Source: a virus
Reading direction: 5' to 3' (one strand)
DNA: 64,000 bases
IMG/VR virus record: IMGVR_UViG_3300020391_000003
Coordinates: 32,001-96,000 of that record
The position numbers and the translations under genes were made by a program. The notes under the pieces are model-generated. The model was given only the letters and a program-made list of their open reading frames with translations. It ran no database searches and was not told the origin of the DNA. Positions 19,826 through 30,600 of this stretch are shown here, piece after piece; positions within the stretch are counted from its first letter, which is position 1; every line of letters starts with the position of its first letter.

Positions 19826-20986
19826 TTGTCTAAATAATTTAAGGCCCTTGCTTGTGCCAATACCAAATGTAAAAAATGTACCCACAGTCATACTATCTCC
19901 AATTCCTACTCGATAAGCTTGCTGCTTTAATTGTGCGCCCTCAATTAGAAAAGTATTTACAACAGAAGCAAGCTCTACCCTTCCTTCATTAAAAAATCTA
20001 TCAGTATGCTTTATTGTAATATCATATACAGAACCCTCTGTAAAAAATGAGTCAATTTGTCCTTCATCAAATTCTCGCACAATCATTTCAATTGCAGTTG
20101 ATCCAATAATTGGTAATTTTAATTTTCTATCAAACACATAATTACTGCCAAAGCCATAAATGCTCTGCCTAGGAATTGGCACATCAATAGAAACACTTTG
20201 TATTGCTGCGTCTAAACTTTCCAAAGGAACTCCTCCATAATCTCCAGCTTTTTTAGTTATCTCAATCAATATATCTCCAGGCATTATTACATTTGCTCCG
20301 TAAACGATATCTGGATTGAAAGTATCAGAATCCAAAGAAAATCTTTCTGTCGATTGAGGATTCAAAGGATCATTTATTCCAAGCTTTAAAGAAGGAAAAG
20401 TTGGAGGCTTATCATCATTTTGCGGATTCTCATTTTTATATAAATCAAATTTCATATTACTGCAATCGTATGTAATTGACGCAGTTGGTAATTGACCAAC
20501 AGAAGCTTCATAATTATAATCAATCAAAAAAGAATTGCCCAATCCTATAACATTATAATCTTCAAATCTATCTTGATCTTCTACATTATTTAGATCTGTA
20601 TAACTTGATTCATTTGCAGCAACAATAAATATGTTGATATCATCAGTTTTTGAGGTATCAATAAAGTTTTTTAGTATTGTTTCGTCTGAACTAATATTAA
20701 ATCCGATTGCTTCTTCGTTTTCTCCGCTAGAAAATAAATACGAAATATTACATCTTACATCTCCTTGCCTAACAACTGGAGATTCTTCATCTTTTACAAC
20801 TAAATTATCAAAACCCACTGATTTTAAATCTAAAGCTGGATGCGAAAAATCATAATCAATATCTTGTACTCTGATCAAATTTTTAATTTTTGACCCTTCA
20901 GAATTCTCTTCCTTGAATGCAGGAAAGTCTGACACCGCAACGCCCAACCTTTCATAGGTAAATCTATTCAGAGATGTTTTAGCCAT
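19823..20986 (-). CDS. Tail-tube-like protein, paralogue of 18407-19771
   Basis: LIRVQDIDYDFS, IGLGNSFLIDYNYEASVGQLPTASITY, IQSVSIDVPIPRQ align with the major tail protein. Start moved to ATG 20986. Confidence 0.75.
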   Translation of the reverse strand: MAKTSLNRFTYERLGVAVSDFPAFKEENSEGSKIKNLIRVQDIDYDFSHPALDLKSVGFDNLVVKDEESPVVRQGDVRCNISYLFSSGENEEAIGFNISSDETILKNFIDTSKTDDINIFIVAANESSYTDLNNVEDQDRFEDYNVIGLGNSFLIDYNYEASVGQLPTASITYDCSNMKFDLYKNENPQNDDKPPTFPSLKLGINDPLNPQSTERFSLDSDTFNPDIVYGANVIMPGDILIEITKKAGDYGGVPLESLDAAIQSVSIDVPIPRQSIYGFGSNYVFDRKLKLPIIGSTAIEMIVREFDEGQIDSFFTEGSVYDITIKHTDRFFNEGRVELASVVNTFLIEGAQLKQQAYRVGIGDSMTVGTFFTFGIGTSKGLKLFRQ

Positions 20987-20995
20987 TAAACTGAT

Positions 20996-21018
20996 TACAC
21001 CTTTTATAATTAAGTGTA
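20996..21018. promoter_or_regulatory. Back-to-back GTGTA motifs (putative divergent late promoters)
   Basis: TACAC 20996-21000 (9 nt from ATG 20986) and GTGTA 21014-21018 (before ATG 21036). Confidence 0.55.
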
Positions 21019-21035
21019 TTAATAAAAGATCCGTT

Positions 21036-22577
21036 ATGCCTAATAAAAGAATCTCAGATTTACCAGAGCGACAGACTTTGTTCTCTGATTCCCCGCCGGA
21101 ACCTTTTCCGAGTTTTGCTAGGGCAACCACGCCTTCTACCAATGATCAAAATTCTTTTTTATTAATTGCAAGACCAAAAGTTAGAAACGAAAAAATTTCT
21201 TTTGCAAATTTAAGAGCATCTATTTTAGACAATTCAATTTATTTAACAGGAGAACAATTAGCAAGCGGAAAAAAAACATTTGTTGATCCTTGTACATTTT
21301 TGGGTAGAACAAATATTAGTGAAGCTATAGATATTACAGAAACTGGAGATATCAGTGGAAATATTTTTGTCGGAGACAGCGGATTATATCAAAACCTTGG
21401 AGTCGGCAGCAACTTTTTTGAACGTCACTCAGATACAGATGATACTTTAGACATCTCTGGAGATTCATGCTTTATTGAAGATATCACTCAAACAGGAAAT
21501 CGCAGACAACTCGGCAATCTTTTTCAAATAGGAGACATTTCTTTATCTGGAGATTATTTTATAACTGGAAATTCTAAAATATTTGGAAATACAGTTCAAT
21601 TTGGAGATATTAATTTTTTAGGCAGTTTTTCTCAAACAGGAGATAACTATACTCAGGGCAAAAAAACAATTACCGGCAATATTGATCTAGGAGAATATTT
21701 ATATCACCATAATGATGTAGATACTTTCGTTAGGTTAAGAAATCACAATATTGATCTCAATGCAGGTTCACAAACTAAAATTCAGCTACAAGAAAACAAT
21801 GGTAATGACGATGATGAAATGATCTTTACTACTAGCGGCGTAGAACAAATGCGCTTAACTCAAAAAGGATTTTTGTCAATTAACTCTTCTGAACCTATAG
21901 GAGAACTTTCAGTTTCAGGAAAAGCTTTTACTCAAGATGGATTTATTTTCGACAACCCAGATAAAAAATTCTATAAAATTTTTGGAGGAGATGACGAAAC
22001 CGTTGCGTTCAAAACATCTTTAACAAACAACCTTTCTGAAAGTTCTCAAGTTGGACAAGATGAATATAAAATTAATTTTCCTAAAACATTTAAAACCCAT
22101 CCAGTTGTATCTGTTAGTTTAGAACATAGAAACGGAGGAATTATTCCTCCACTAATTATTACTGATGTTACACGGCATGATTTTATTGTAAAATTTGCAG
22201 CCCCTCTTTTGGATAAAGAATATTTTTTATATACTACTGCCTTAAGTCCATCAATATTAAACGAAGTTAATGGCATTTATTATGACGAATATCCTCATGT
22301 AACTTGTTCCGACCACGCGCAAAATAGACACGGCATACAAAGATTTTATACTAGATTACAAAAAGATTCAGATGAACATGAAATATTCTTTCCTTTTGGA
22401 TATCAAGACGCGCCAGCAGTTACTTTAACATTAGAAGGGCCAAACAAGATTATTCCTTACGCAATATCTAGTGTAAACAGTAGTTCATACACTATAATTT
22501 TCGGAACAAATGTCAATCAAGATTACACAGTACATACATTTTCTAGTTTTGAGGGAACAAAAAGGCTTGCATTATGA
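21036..22577 (+). CDS. Tail fibre/appendage protein with C-terminal H-type-lectin-like repeats
   Basis: GD/GN beta-helix-like repeats; C-terminal INFPKTFKTHPVVSVSL and FFPFGYQDAPAVTLTL units. Confidence 0.6.
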   Translation: MPNKRISDLPERQTLFSDSPPEPFPSFARATTPSTNDQNSFLLIARPKVRNEKISFANLRASILDNSIYLTGEQLASGKKTFVDPCTFLGRTNISEAIDITETGDISGNIFVGDSGLYQNLGVGSNFFERHSDTDDTLDISGDSCFIEDITQTGNRRQLGNLFQIGDISLSGDYFITGNSKIFGNTVQFGDINFLGSFSQTGDNYTQGKKTITGNIDLGEYLYHHNDVDTFVRLRNHNIDLNAGSQTKIQLQENNGNDDDEMIFTTSGVEQMRLTQKGFLSINSSEPIGELSVSGKAFTQDGFIFDNPDKKFYKIFGGDDETVAFKTSLTNNLSESSQVGQDEYKINFPKTFKTHPVVSVSLEHRNGGIIPPLIITDVTRHDFIVKFAAPLLDKEYFLYTTALSPSILNEVNGIYYDEYPHVTCSDHAQNRHGIQRFYTRLQKDSDEHEIFFPFGYQDAPAVTLTLEGPNKIIPYAISSVNSSSYTIIFGTNVNQDYTVHTFSSFEGTKRLAL

Positions 22578-24598
22578 ATAAAGATAATCGTATATCAAAT
22601 TTATTTCACAATAAAAAACTTATTTCTGCTGGCCTTGAGCCTTTTCCGCATACTGCCGTTTCAGGAAATAAAGATGATGATGTATTATTTCTTATTGCAA
22701 ATTCTGGCGAATATAATGAAAAAATAAAATTTAAAAACTTAAAAAAATCTATACTAGATAATGTTGTATTTCTTACCGGCAATCAATTAATTAGTGGAGA
22801 AAAAACGTTTGCAGATCCATGCACATTTTTAAGCACAATTTATGTAAATGAAATAATTGATATAACCCAAACAGGAGATATCAGCGGTAATATTTTTGTA
22901 GGAGAAACAGGTTTATTTGAAAAAGTTGGCATTGGACTTGACTTTACAGACAGAAGAATAATAAAAGACATTTATAGCGATTTTCCAAATTTTTCAGATG
23001 GTTATGTTGATTACAATTACGGAGGAGGCATTGACCCTACAACTCATCAAGAAGGACTAGACTTTATTGGAATTGGTCAGCCTAATTTAGACACAACAAT
23101 ATCTTCTTATTCTATATATGAACCTTCAGGATATTATAATTCCACAATTCCTTTGTCTCAACAAAATTTTGAAAACGATTTAACTTTAGACGGACAATCT
23201 TTTTTGCCGAGCGACATTCACAGAGAAATGGGAGGAGCATGGGTAGGCATTGATTTTCCAGAACCTTTTAATTACAGAGGATTTTCTGTTTTCAGATCAG
23301 ACATTGAAAATTCAGCAGAAAAATTCAAAGTGGTTGCCTCAAATAACGGCGTAGACTGGAAAACTATTCATACCGAAAATAATTTAGATGCAGGATCATA
23401 TGCAGAAACGGGACAAGCATCTATTTTTTCTTTGAGTGATTATCATCCAGAAAAGTATTCAAAATATAGACTAGTTGCACAAAAAATAATTTCTGGTAAT
23501 TTTTGGGAATTTGCTCATTTTAATTTTTCTGGAGTAGAATTTTATGAACATGTTAAAACCGTTCATCCACAATATACTCTTCATGTATCAGGAGATTCTG
23601 TTTTTATTGGAGACATAACTCATACTGGAAACTTAAGACAAGAAGGCAATTCTTTAAGGATTGGAGATACAGATCTTATAGGTAATTACAATATCACAGG
23701 AGATTCTAAAATAGTTGGGGATACAGTGCAAACTGGGGATTCACACCTTTTTGGAGATGTTTTTAGAACAGGGGATGTTTTTATTAAAGGAAGCGAAACA
23801 ACAACCGAAGATATACATCTTGGAGAATATTTATATCATCTCGACGATCCAGATACATTTCTAAGATTCACAGATGATAAGCTCGAACTTACTGCGGGTT
23901 CAGGAGTCAAAGTTATTTTAGAAGAAAACGAAAATGATACTTTAAAATTTTTTACGAGTGGCATTGAGCAACTTAGATTAACAAATGAAGGATTTTTAGG
24001 AGTAAATACAGAAACACCTGTCGGAGAACTTTCTGTTACAGGAGATTCTTATTTAGAATGTTTGTTTGTAACTGGAGAAGATGGACAATGGGAAAAAGTA
24101 GTTGGCGGATCTGATGAAGTTGTTTCATTTTCTACTGATTTATTTGGAGGAGACGATCTTTATAAAATAGATTTTCCAAAAACCTTTGGAGAAAATCCAG
24201 CGGTTACCGTTTCCTTAGAAAATGATCAAGGAGGTCCAATTGTTCCATACATGATTTCTGGAGTAAATGGTCACGAATACTTTATAAACTTTGGATCAAA
24301 TTTATTAAATGATGGATACACAGTTCATACATCCGCAAGAGGTATAGGTCAATCTTCAATAAATAAAACAACAACACAATCATTTATTACTGAATTAACT
24401 CCTCAAGCAGGAAAAGACATATACGAAATATTTTATCCTAATCAATTTCACTCAAATCCAATTATATCAACTGCATTAGAAAACGAAATAGAAATACTGC
24501 CATATGTTATTTCTGGAATTTCAGATAGTTCATATAAGGTTGTATTTGGGCGTCCGCTTCCTAATTCCTGTAAAATTCATACACATGCAGTCAGATAA
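22574..24598 (+). CDS. Tail fibre/appendage paralogue with inserted discoidin (F5/8 type C)-like domain
   Basis: Colinear with 21036-22577; extra WVGIDFPEP...FKVVASNNGVDWKTI...YSKYRLV segment. Confidence 0.65.
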   Translation: MNKDNRISNLFHNKKLISAGLEPFPHTAVSGNKDDDVLFLIANSGEYNEKIKFKNLKKSILDNVVFLTGNQLISGEKTFADPCTFLSTIYVNEIIDITQTGDISGNIFVGETGLFEKVGIGLDFTDRRIIKDIYSDFPNFSDGYVDYNYGGGIDPTTHQEGLDFIGIGQPNLDTTISSYSIYEPSGYYNSTIPLSQQNFENDLTLDGQSFLPSDIHREMGGAWVGIDFPEPFNYRGFSVFRSDIENSAEKFKVVASNNGVDWKTIHTENNLDAGSYAETGQASIFSLSDYHPEKYSKYRLVAQKIISGNFWEFAHFNFSGVEFYEHVKTVHPQYTLHVSGDSVFIGDITHTGNLRQEGNSLRIGDTDLIGNYNITGDSKIVGDTVQTGDSHLFGDVFRTGDVFIKGSETTTEDIHLGEYLYHLDDPDTFLRFTDDKLELTAGSGVKVILEENENDTLKFFTSGIEQLRLTNEGFLGVNTETPVGELSVTGDSYLECLFVTGEDGQWEKVVGGSDEVVSFSTDLFGGDDLYKIDFPKTFGENPAVTVSLENDQGGPIVPYMISGVNGHEYFINFGSNLLNDGYTVHTSARGIGQSSINKTTTQSFITELTPQAGKDIYEIFYPNQFHSNPIISTALENEIEILPYVISGISDSSYKVVFGRPLPNSCKIHTHAVR

Positions 24599-24623
24599 CA
24601 TAAAACTTGTGTAATACAATAAG

Positions 24624-27600
24624 ATGATTTCTAAACATATATTTACTTCGGATGTTATTAGTGGAAAGCAGCTATATATCGACGAACTTCATTCAACTGG
24701 AGACTCAATTGTAGCAAGCACTGATTTTAATATTGAAAATAATTTAAAAGTAGGAGAAGACTTATCGATCGGCGGAAACAGCGTTCTTTCAGGCAACGCA
24801 AATATCACTGGAGATCTTTTTGTTGGACAGCATTTCACTGTTAAAGGAATAACAACAACCCTTGATACAGTCAACGTTACAGGTGATGCAAATATCACTG
24901 GAGATCTTTTTGTTGGCCGCAATCTTACTGTCAAAGGAACAACCACAACTCTTGACACAGTTAACGTTACGGTTGATGACCATAATATTGAGCTTGGATC
25001 AGTTGATAATCCAACAAATATTACGGCAGAAGGTGGAGGAATCACGCTCAAAGGAGATGAAGATAAAACTTTTAATTGGCAAGCAAATTATAATGGCTCT
25101 TGGCTTTCTAGTGAAAATTTAGGAGTTGCAGATGGCAAATATGTATTTACAGACAAAGTTCGCGCAAGAGATGGTGCAGGCTTATTTTTAGAAGATGACG
25201 GAGGAAATGGAATTTTTATTAAAAATGGCGGCAATGTAGGTATTGGTTCTGCAGATTTTCCTGGCAGCGTTCAAGGAAATTTACATGTAAATGACAGTAG
25301 CTCTGACAGTCGAATTTATATAACAAGCTCAAACGACTCTGCTGCTTCTCTTCTATTTGGAAACCAAAGTCGCTCTTTCAAAGCAGGTGTTATCTATGAT
25401 AATTCCACTGATTCTTTAAACTTTTGGGGTAACAAAGATGGCGCAGAACAGACAGCAAAAAGAGTAACTATCGACTCCGTCGGCAAGGTAGGTATTGGTA
25501 CTACTGCACCAAAAGCAAAACTGCAAGTAAATGGAGATATATTATTTGGTGATGGCGCGGCTCAAAATGATATTGGTGCCGCCTCTGGCACTGGATTTGC
25601 AACTGGTGGAGACTGGCATATAGGATTATCTTCACATGGCGGCTCGGTTGTAGATGCAAATGGGGCTACCGCAGATGGATTTGCTGGTTTAAAAATTAAT
25701 TCCTATATGGATACCGATAACAGCGGAACTATTGATGCTGATGAATCGGGCGACAAATATAGTCAAGACTTAGAATTTTATACTCATCACTTCGGAGAAC
25801 CAACTCAACCGATGTCTATGGTTATCAAGAATAATGGTAATGTTGGAATTGGTGTTGATTTAGAGAGTTCGCTTCAGAGGGCTGTTGCTCGTTATAAATT
25901 GCACGTTGCGGGTGATGGATATTTCGCAGGAAATTCTATATCGAATGTCGCACCTGCTGTTGGTGTATATCTAGGTAAATCTGAAAGTAACTCAGATCAT
26001 CATGTTTCCATAATTTCGAGTGATAACCAAAACGGATACATAGATTTCTCAAACACAACAAGAGACGCTATTGGAAGAATATTATATGCCAATTCGAACT
26101 CTTCGGGCGTTGGAAGCGGACAAGGTATGTATTTCTATACTGATTATGCAAATAATATAGACAACCCTGATGTTTTCATCGGTCCAGATGGCAAAGTAGG
26201 TATTGGTACAAGTAGTCCTTCTGAAGACCTAACTATTGCTGGAACAAAACAAGGTTTAGAGATTCGAGACGCAACTATAGATTTTGCTATACTTAACTCA
26301 AATGGAGATTCTAAAAAAGCTCAAATAAAAGCCGTCAATGTTAGCAACAAAGGCGATGCAAGTGACACATCTTCAGAATTAATATTTAGCACAACTGCAA
26401 CCCATAACTTTGCAGAACGTATGCGTATTGATCACGCTGGCAATGTAGGTATTGGTACTACGAGTCCTGATCATAAATTACATATTGCTGGTGGAACTCC
26501 ATCGATGAAACTTGAAGGTTCGCAACCAAGAATATGGCTAAGAGAAACTGATCAAACAGATTTAAATACCCTAATTAGAAATAACGGTGGTATTTTTGAA
26601 ATTGATACAGTAAGCGATGCAGATGCTTATATTCAAAATAGATTTTCAATTAATCATGGAAATGGTAATGTCAGGATTAATGATTTACTTGGTATTGGTA
26701 AAGATCCAGATGGATATCATCTTGATGTTGCGGCTCCTGGGGCTGGTGCAATGGGTTTCCGAGTACAAACAAATAGTACTTCATCAAATGCGATAGTACA
26801 TATTGGTAGCGGAGGAAGCTCAGACATTAAATTTAAAGTAGACGGAGAAGGAAGCGTAACAACTGCAAAAGATGTTACAATTGGTGGAGATCTTACAGTT
26901 AATGGTACAACCACTACGGTCAATTCAACCACGGTTACTGTTGACGATAAAAATATCGAACTTGGATCAGTTGCAAGTCCAACAAATACGACTGCAGACG
27001 GAGGAGGAATTACTTTAAAAGGCGCAACAGATAAAGAATTCAAATGGACCAATGCGTCTAATTCATGGAACTCTAGCGAAAACCTAGGAATTGCCGATGG
27101 CAAATATGTATTTACAGATAAAGTTCGCGCAAGAGATGGCGCAGGCTTGTTTCTAGAAGATGACGGAGGAAATGGAATTTTTGTACAAGATGGCGGCAAT
27201 GTAGGTATTGGTACTACGAGTCCTTCTACCGCTCTTGATATCGTTGGTGACATTACAGTAGGCTCGAGGAGTTTTGTTACGAATGACGCATCGGTACAAG
27301 CACGTTCTAGTCAAGGTGTATCTGACGGTGGAAATTCTGTTAGGGGGAGTAACTTAATACTTAAAGCAGGCATCGGAACTGGATCTGCTGATAATGGTTA
27401 TATTGAGTTCCACACAGAAGATTCTACGACAATTCACGGTAATGGACTACCTCACGGCTCTGGTAGTGCTAAGATGCGTATCGACTCCGCAGGCAGAGTA
27501 GGTATTGGCACTACGAGTCCCAATAATCAACTAACAATAGGGACTGATAATAATACATCTTCTTCTATCGGTTTCAGAACTACTCAATTTGCCGGTATCG

Positions 27601-30600
27601 CGGAAATTGTCGCAGAACATGTAGATGGAACCTCGGCTGATGGTAGACTTCATTTTAAAACTCGGAAGACAGGTGACGCGCACACACGATTAACAATCAA
27701 TGAAGACGGCAATGTAGGTATTGGTACTTCTCCCTCAACTGATCGTCCGTTTATATATTCAAAAACACATGGTGATCATAGTTCTGCTATGTATTTTGAT
27801 TTTCATTATGGAAATCAAGCTCCAGGATACACAGCATCAGGTTTGACTATAGCAAACTTAGCTGGTCCTGCTGATGGTGACGGTACTTCTGATCAGCTTA
27901 AAGCCACTTCATTTCTAAATCTTGCAGTAAGATCACCAAATTTAAACAATAACCAGCATGGAACAGTTGGCTACATGGCATTGTCCACTCCGCTTGATGA
28001 TGACGGAACTAGTGACGGAGTCTATGGTACTGGTCAAATTGATTTTTATATCAGAAATGATTCTGCTGCATATGCGTTTCCAAATAGTCCACGAGTGCCA
28101 TCAGCCAATTGGATGTCATCGTTGATGACAATTAAATCTGACGGCAATGTAGCTATTGGTGCTGCGAGGCCTAACAGCGCAACAACTGTAAATAATGTTC
28201 TTCAGGCTCACGGAGGCATGACGATCGCAACAAACGAAGATAATGACACTCCCGAATTAACTTTAAAAAGAACCGCGTCCACTAGCTCAAGCGGTACTGA
28301 TGACATTGTTGATATTCGCGTGGGAGACAGTTCGCTAAATTTTGTTATCAATAATGATAGTGACGGAGATGCAGGAACATTCAGTTTTAATAAAATGGGA
28401 GGAGGCGCACAAATACCTGCAGATGTTATTCTTGGCAGCGTACATCTTGAGAATCGCTTAAGACACAACGGGGACACAGACACATATCTTGAGTTTCACA
28501 ATCAAGACGAATTTCGCGTGGTAACTGGTGGTTCAGAAAGACTTGAAGTTACAAACACGGCGATTGCTCTTAAGAGAGATACTGCTATCACTGGAGGCCT
28601 TACAATCAGTGGAGACCTCACAGTAAATGGAGATACGGTTACGCTCAACACCACGAATTTAGAGGTAGAAGACAAACTTGTTACGGTTGCTAAAAATGCC
28701 ACCAACGCCGTCACAGCCAACAATTGCGGACTTGATTTTGGAGGTCAATACAAATTAACTTTTCGAGACGAATCTACAAATAAACTAGTAATTGAAGATA
28801 CAGCCGACGATGTCGGTTCTCTTGAAATCCAAGGAACCGGTGGCGCGCAACTTATACTCCAAGATACCAACTCAACTAACACAACAAATCAAAGTGGAAT
28901 TCTCGCGTGGAAGACTGCTAACGACACCGTTACAGCTGAAGTTGGATTTAGAACCAACAGCGATAGCGATTTTACAATTAGAAATGGTAGTGGCGATATA
29001 GTTCTTAATGGTCAAGATACACGACTAACTGGTACAGGAAATTTATTGATTGAAAATAGCAATAAAATATTACTCGGAAACACTATTGGCAATTCCAACA
29101 CTAGCGCAGCAGATGCGTACATCTCAATTTTTGACATTGGCGCAAACGATAATGTTAAATTAATTGGATTTGGCGAAGGAAACGCTGGAAGCAACTTCTG
29201 GTTTGGCTCTGGCTTTGAACCTGCTAATGAAAATAATTATATATCGTTAAGTACTAGTACAGTTGAAAATGCAATGAGTTGGAAGATGGACGGCAAGGTA
29301 GGTATTGGTACTGATAGTCCCACTTCGATATTTCATGTTAAATCATCGCTAGATGGTCCTATTTTCGATAGTGGTGGCACAGACAATGCAAATCACGCAT
29401 TGCTTGTTCGTGACAGTTCTGCTAATCAGTTGTTGCGTGTAGAAAACAACGGTAATGTAGGTATCGGCACTACGAACCCTGTGGATAAACTGCATATACA
29501 AGGAGACAGCTCTACGGTATATGATGATACTTCAAGTGCAGGTCAAAGAACTAATTCCAACTTGGTTATAGAAAATAAAAATACAGCTGCGAATACATTT
29601 GCCTCTTTAGACTTTGCAACCAATAATAATAGAGTTCTAAATCGTATTATAGGTGGTCATAAAGATTTAACAACCGAAGGATTTTTAGCGTTTGTTACTG
29701 AGAATAATAGTTCAACCTCAGAAAAAATGCGCATCGACTCCTCAGGCAATGTAGGTATTGGTACTACGAGCCCTGATGCGAACCTTCATGTAAGCGGTGC
29801 GTCCAAACTCGACGGAGGAGTAGTCATTACATCAACCGCAAATCAGGCTACTCCTCAACTAACTTTAAGAAGACATACTGACACAAATGAATCTGGTACA
29901 GACGATATAGTAGACATTACTGTTGGAGATAGTCATATGGTTTTCACCATCAATAATGATAGTGACGGAGATGTAGGAACCTATGAATTCAGAAAAACGG
30001 CTGCAGGCGCTGCGATACTAGCTGCTGTAAATTGCGGCACTATAACAACCAATGGCATAATTCGAAAAGATGATGATACAAATACATACCTTCAGTTTCA
30101 TGAAGCAGATCAATTTCGAGTAGTAACGGGTGGAGCAGAAAGACTTGAAGTTACAAATCAACATACCAAAGCTACTGGAAATCTTATAGTTGAAGGTGAT
30201 CTTACAGTAAATGGAGATACGGTTACGCTCAACACCACGAATTTAGAGGTAGAAGACAAACTTGTTACGGTTGCTAAAAATGCCACCAACGCCGTCACAG
30301 CCAACAATTGCGGACTTGATTTTGGAGGTCAATACAAATTAACTTTTCGAGACGAATCTACAAATAAACTAGTAATTGAAGATACAGCCGACAACACCGC
30401 TTCTCTTGAAATTCAAGGTTTTGGTGGCTCACAACTTATACTTCAAGATACCAATTCAACCAATACCACAAATCAATCGGGAGTTGTAGCGTGGAAGCTT
30501 GGCAATGACACGGTTACAGCTGAAGTTGGATTTAGAAACAATGAGGATAGCGATTTTACAATTAGAAATGGTAGTGGCGATGTAGTTCTTTTGGGTCAAG

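Noticed and set aside
24689-29194. Minus-strand ORFs over the fibre gene
   Set aside because: Antisense shadows of a Thr/Gly-rich coding strand.
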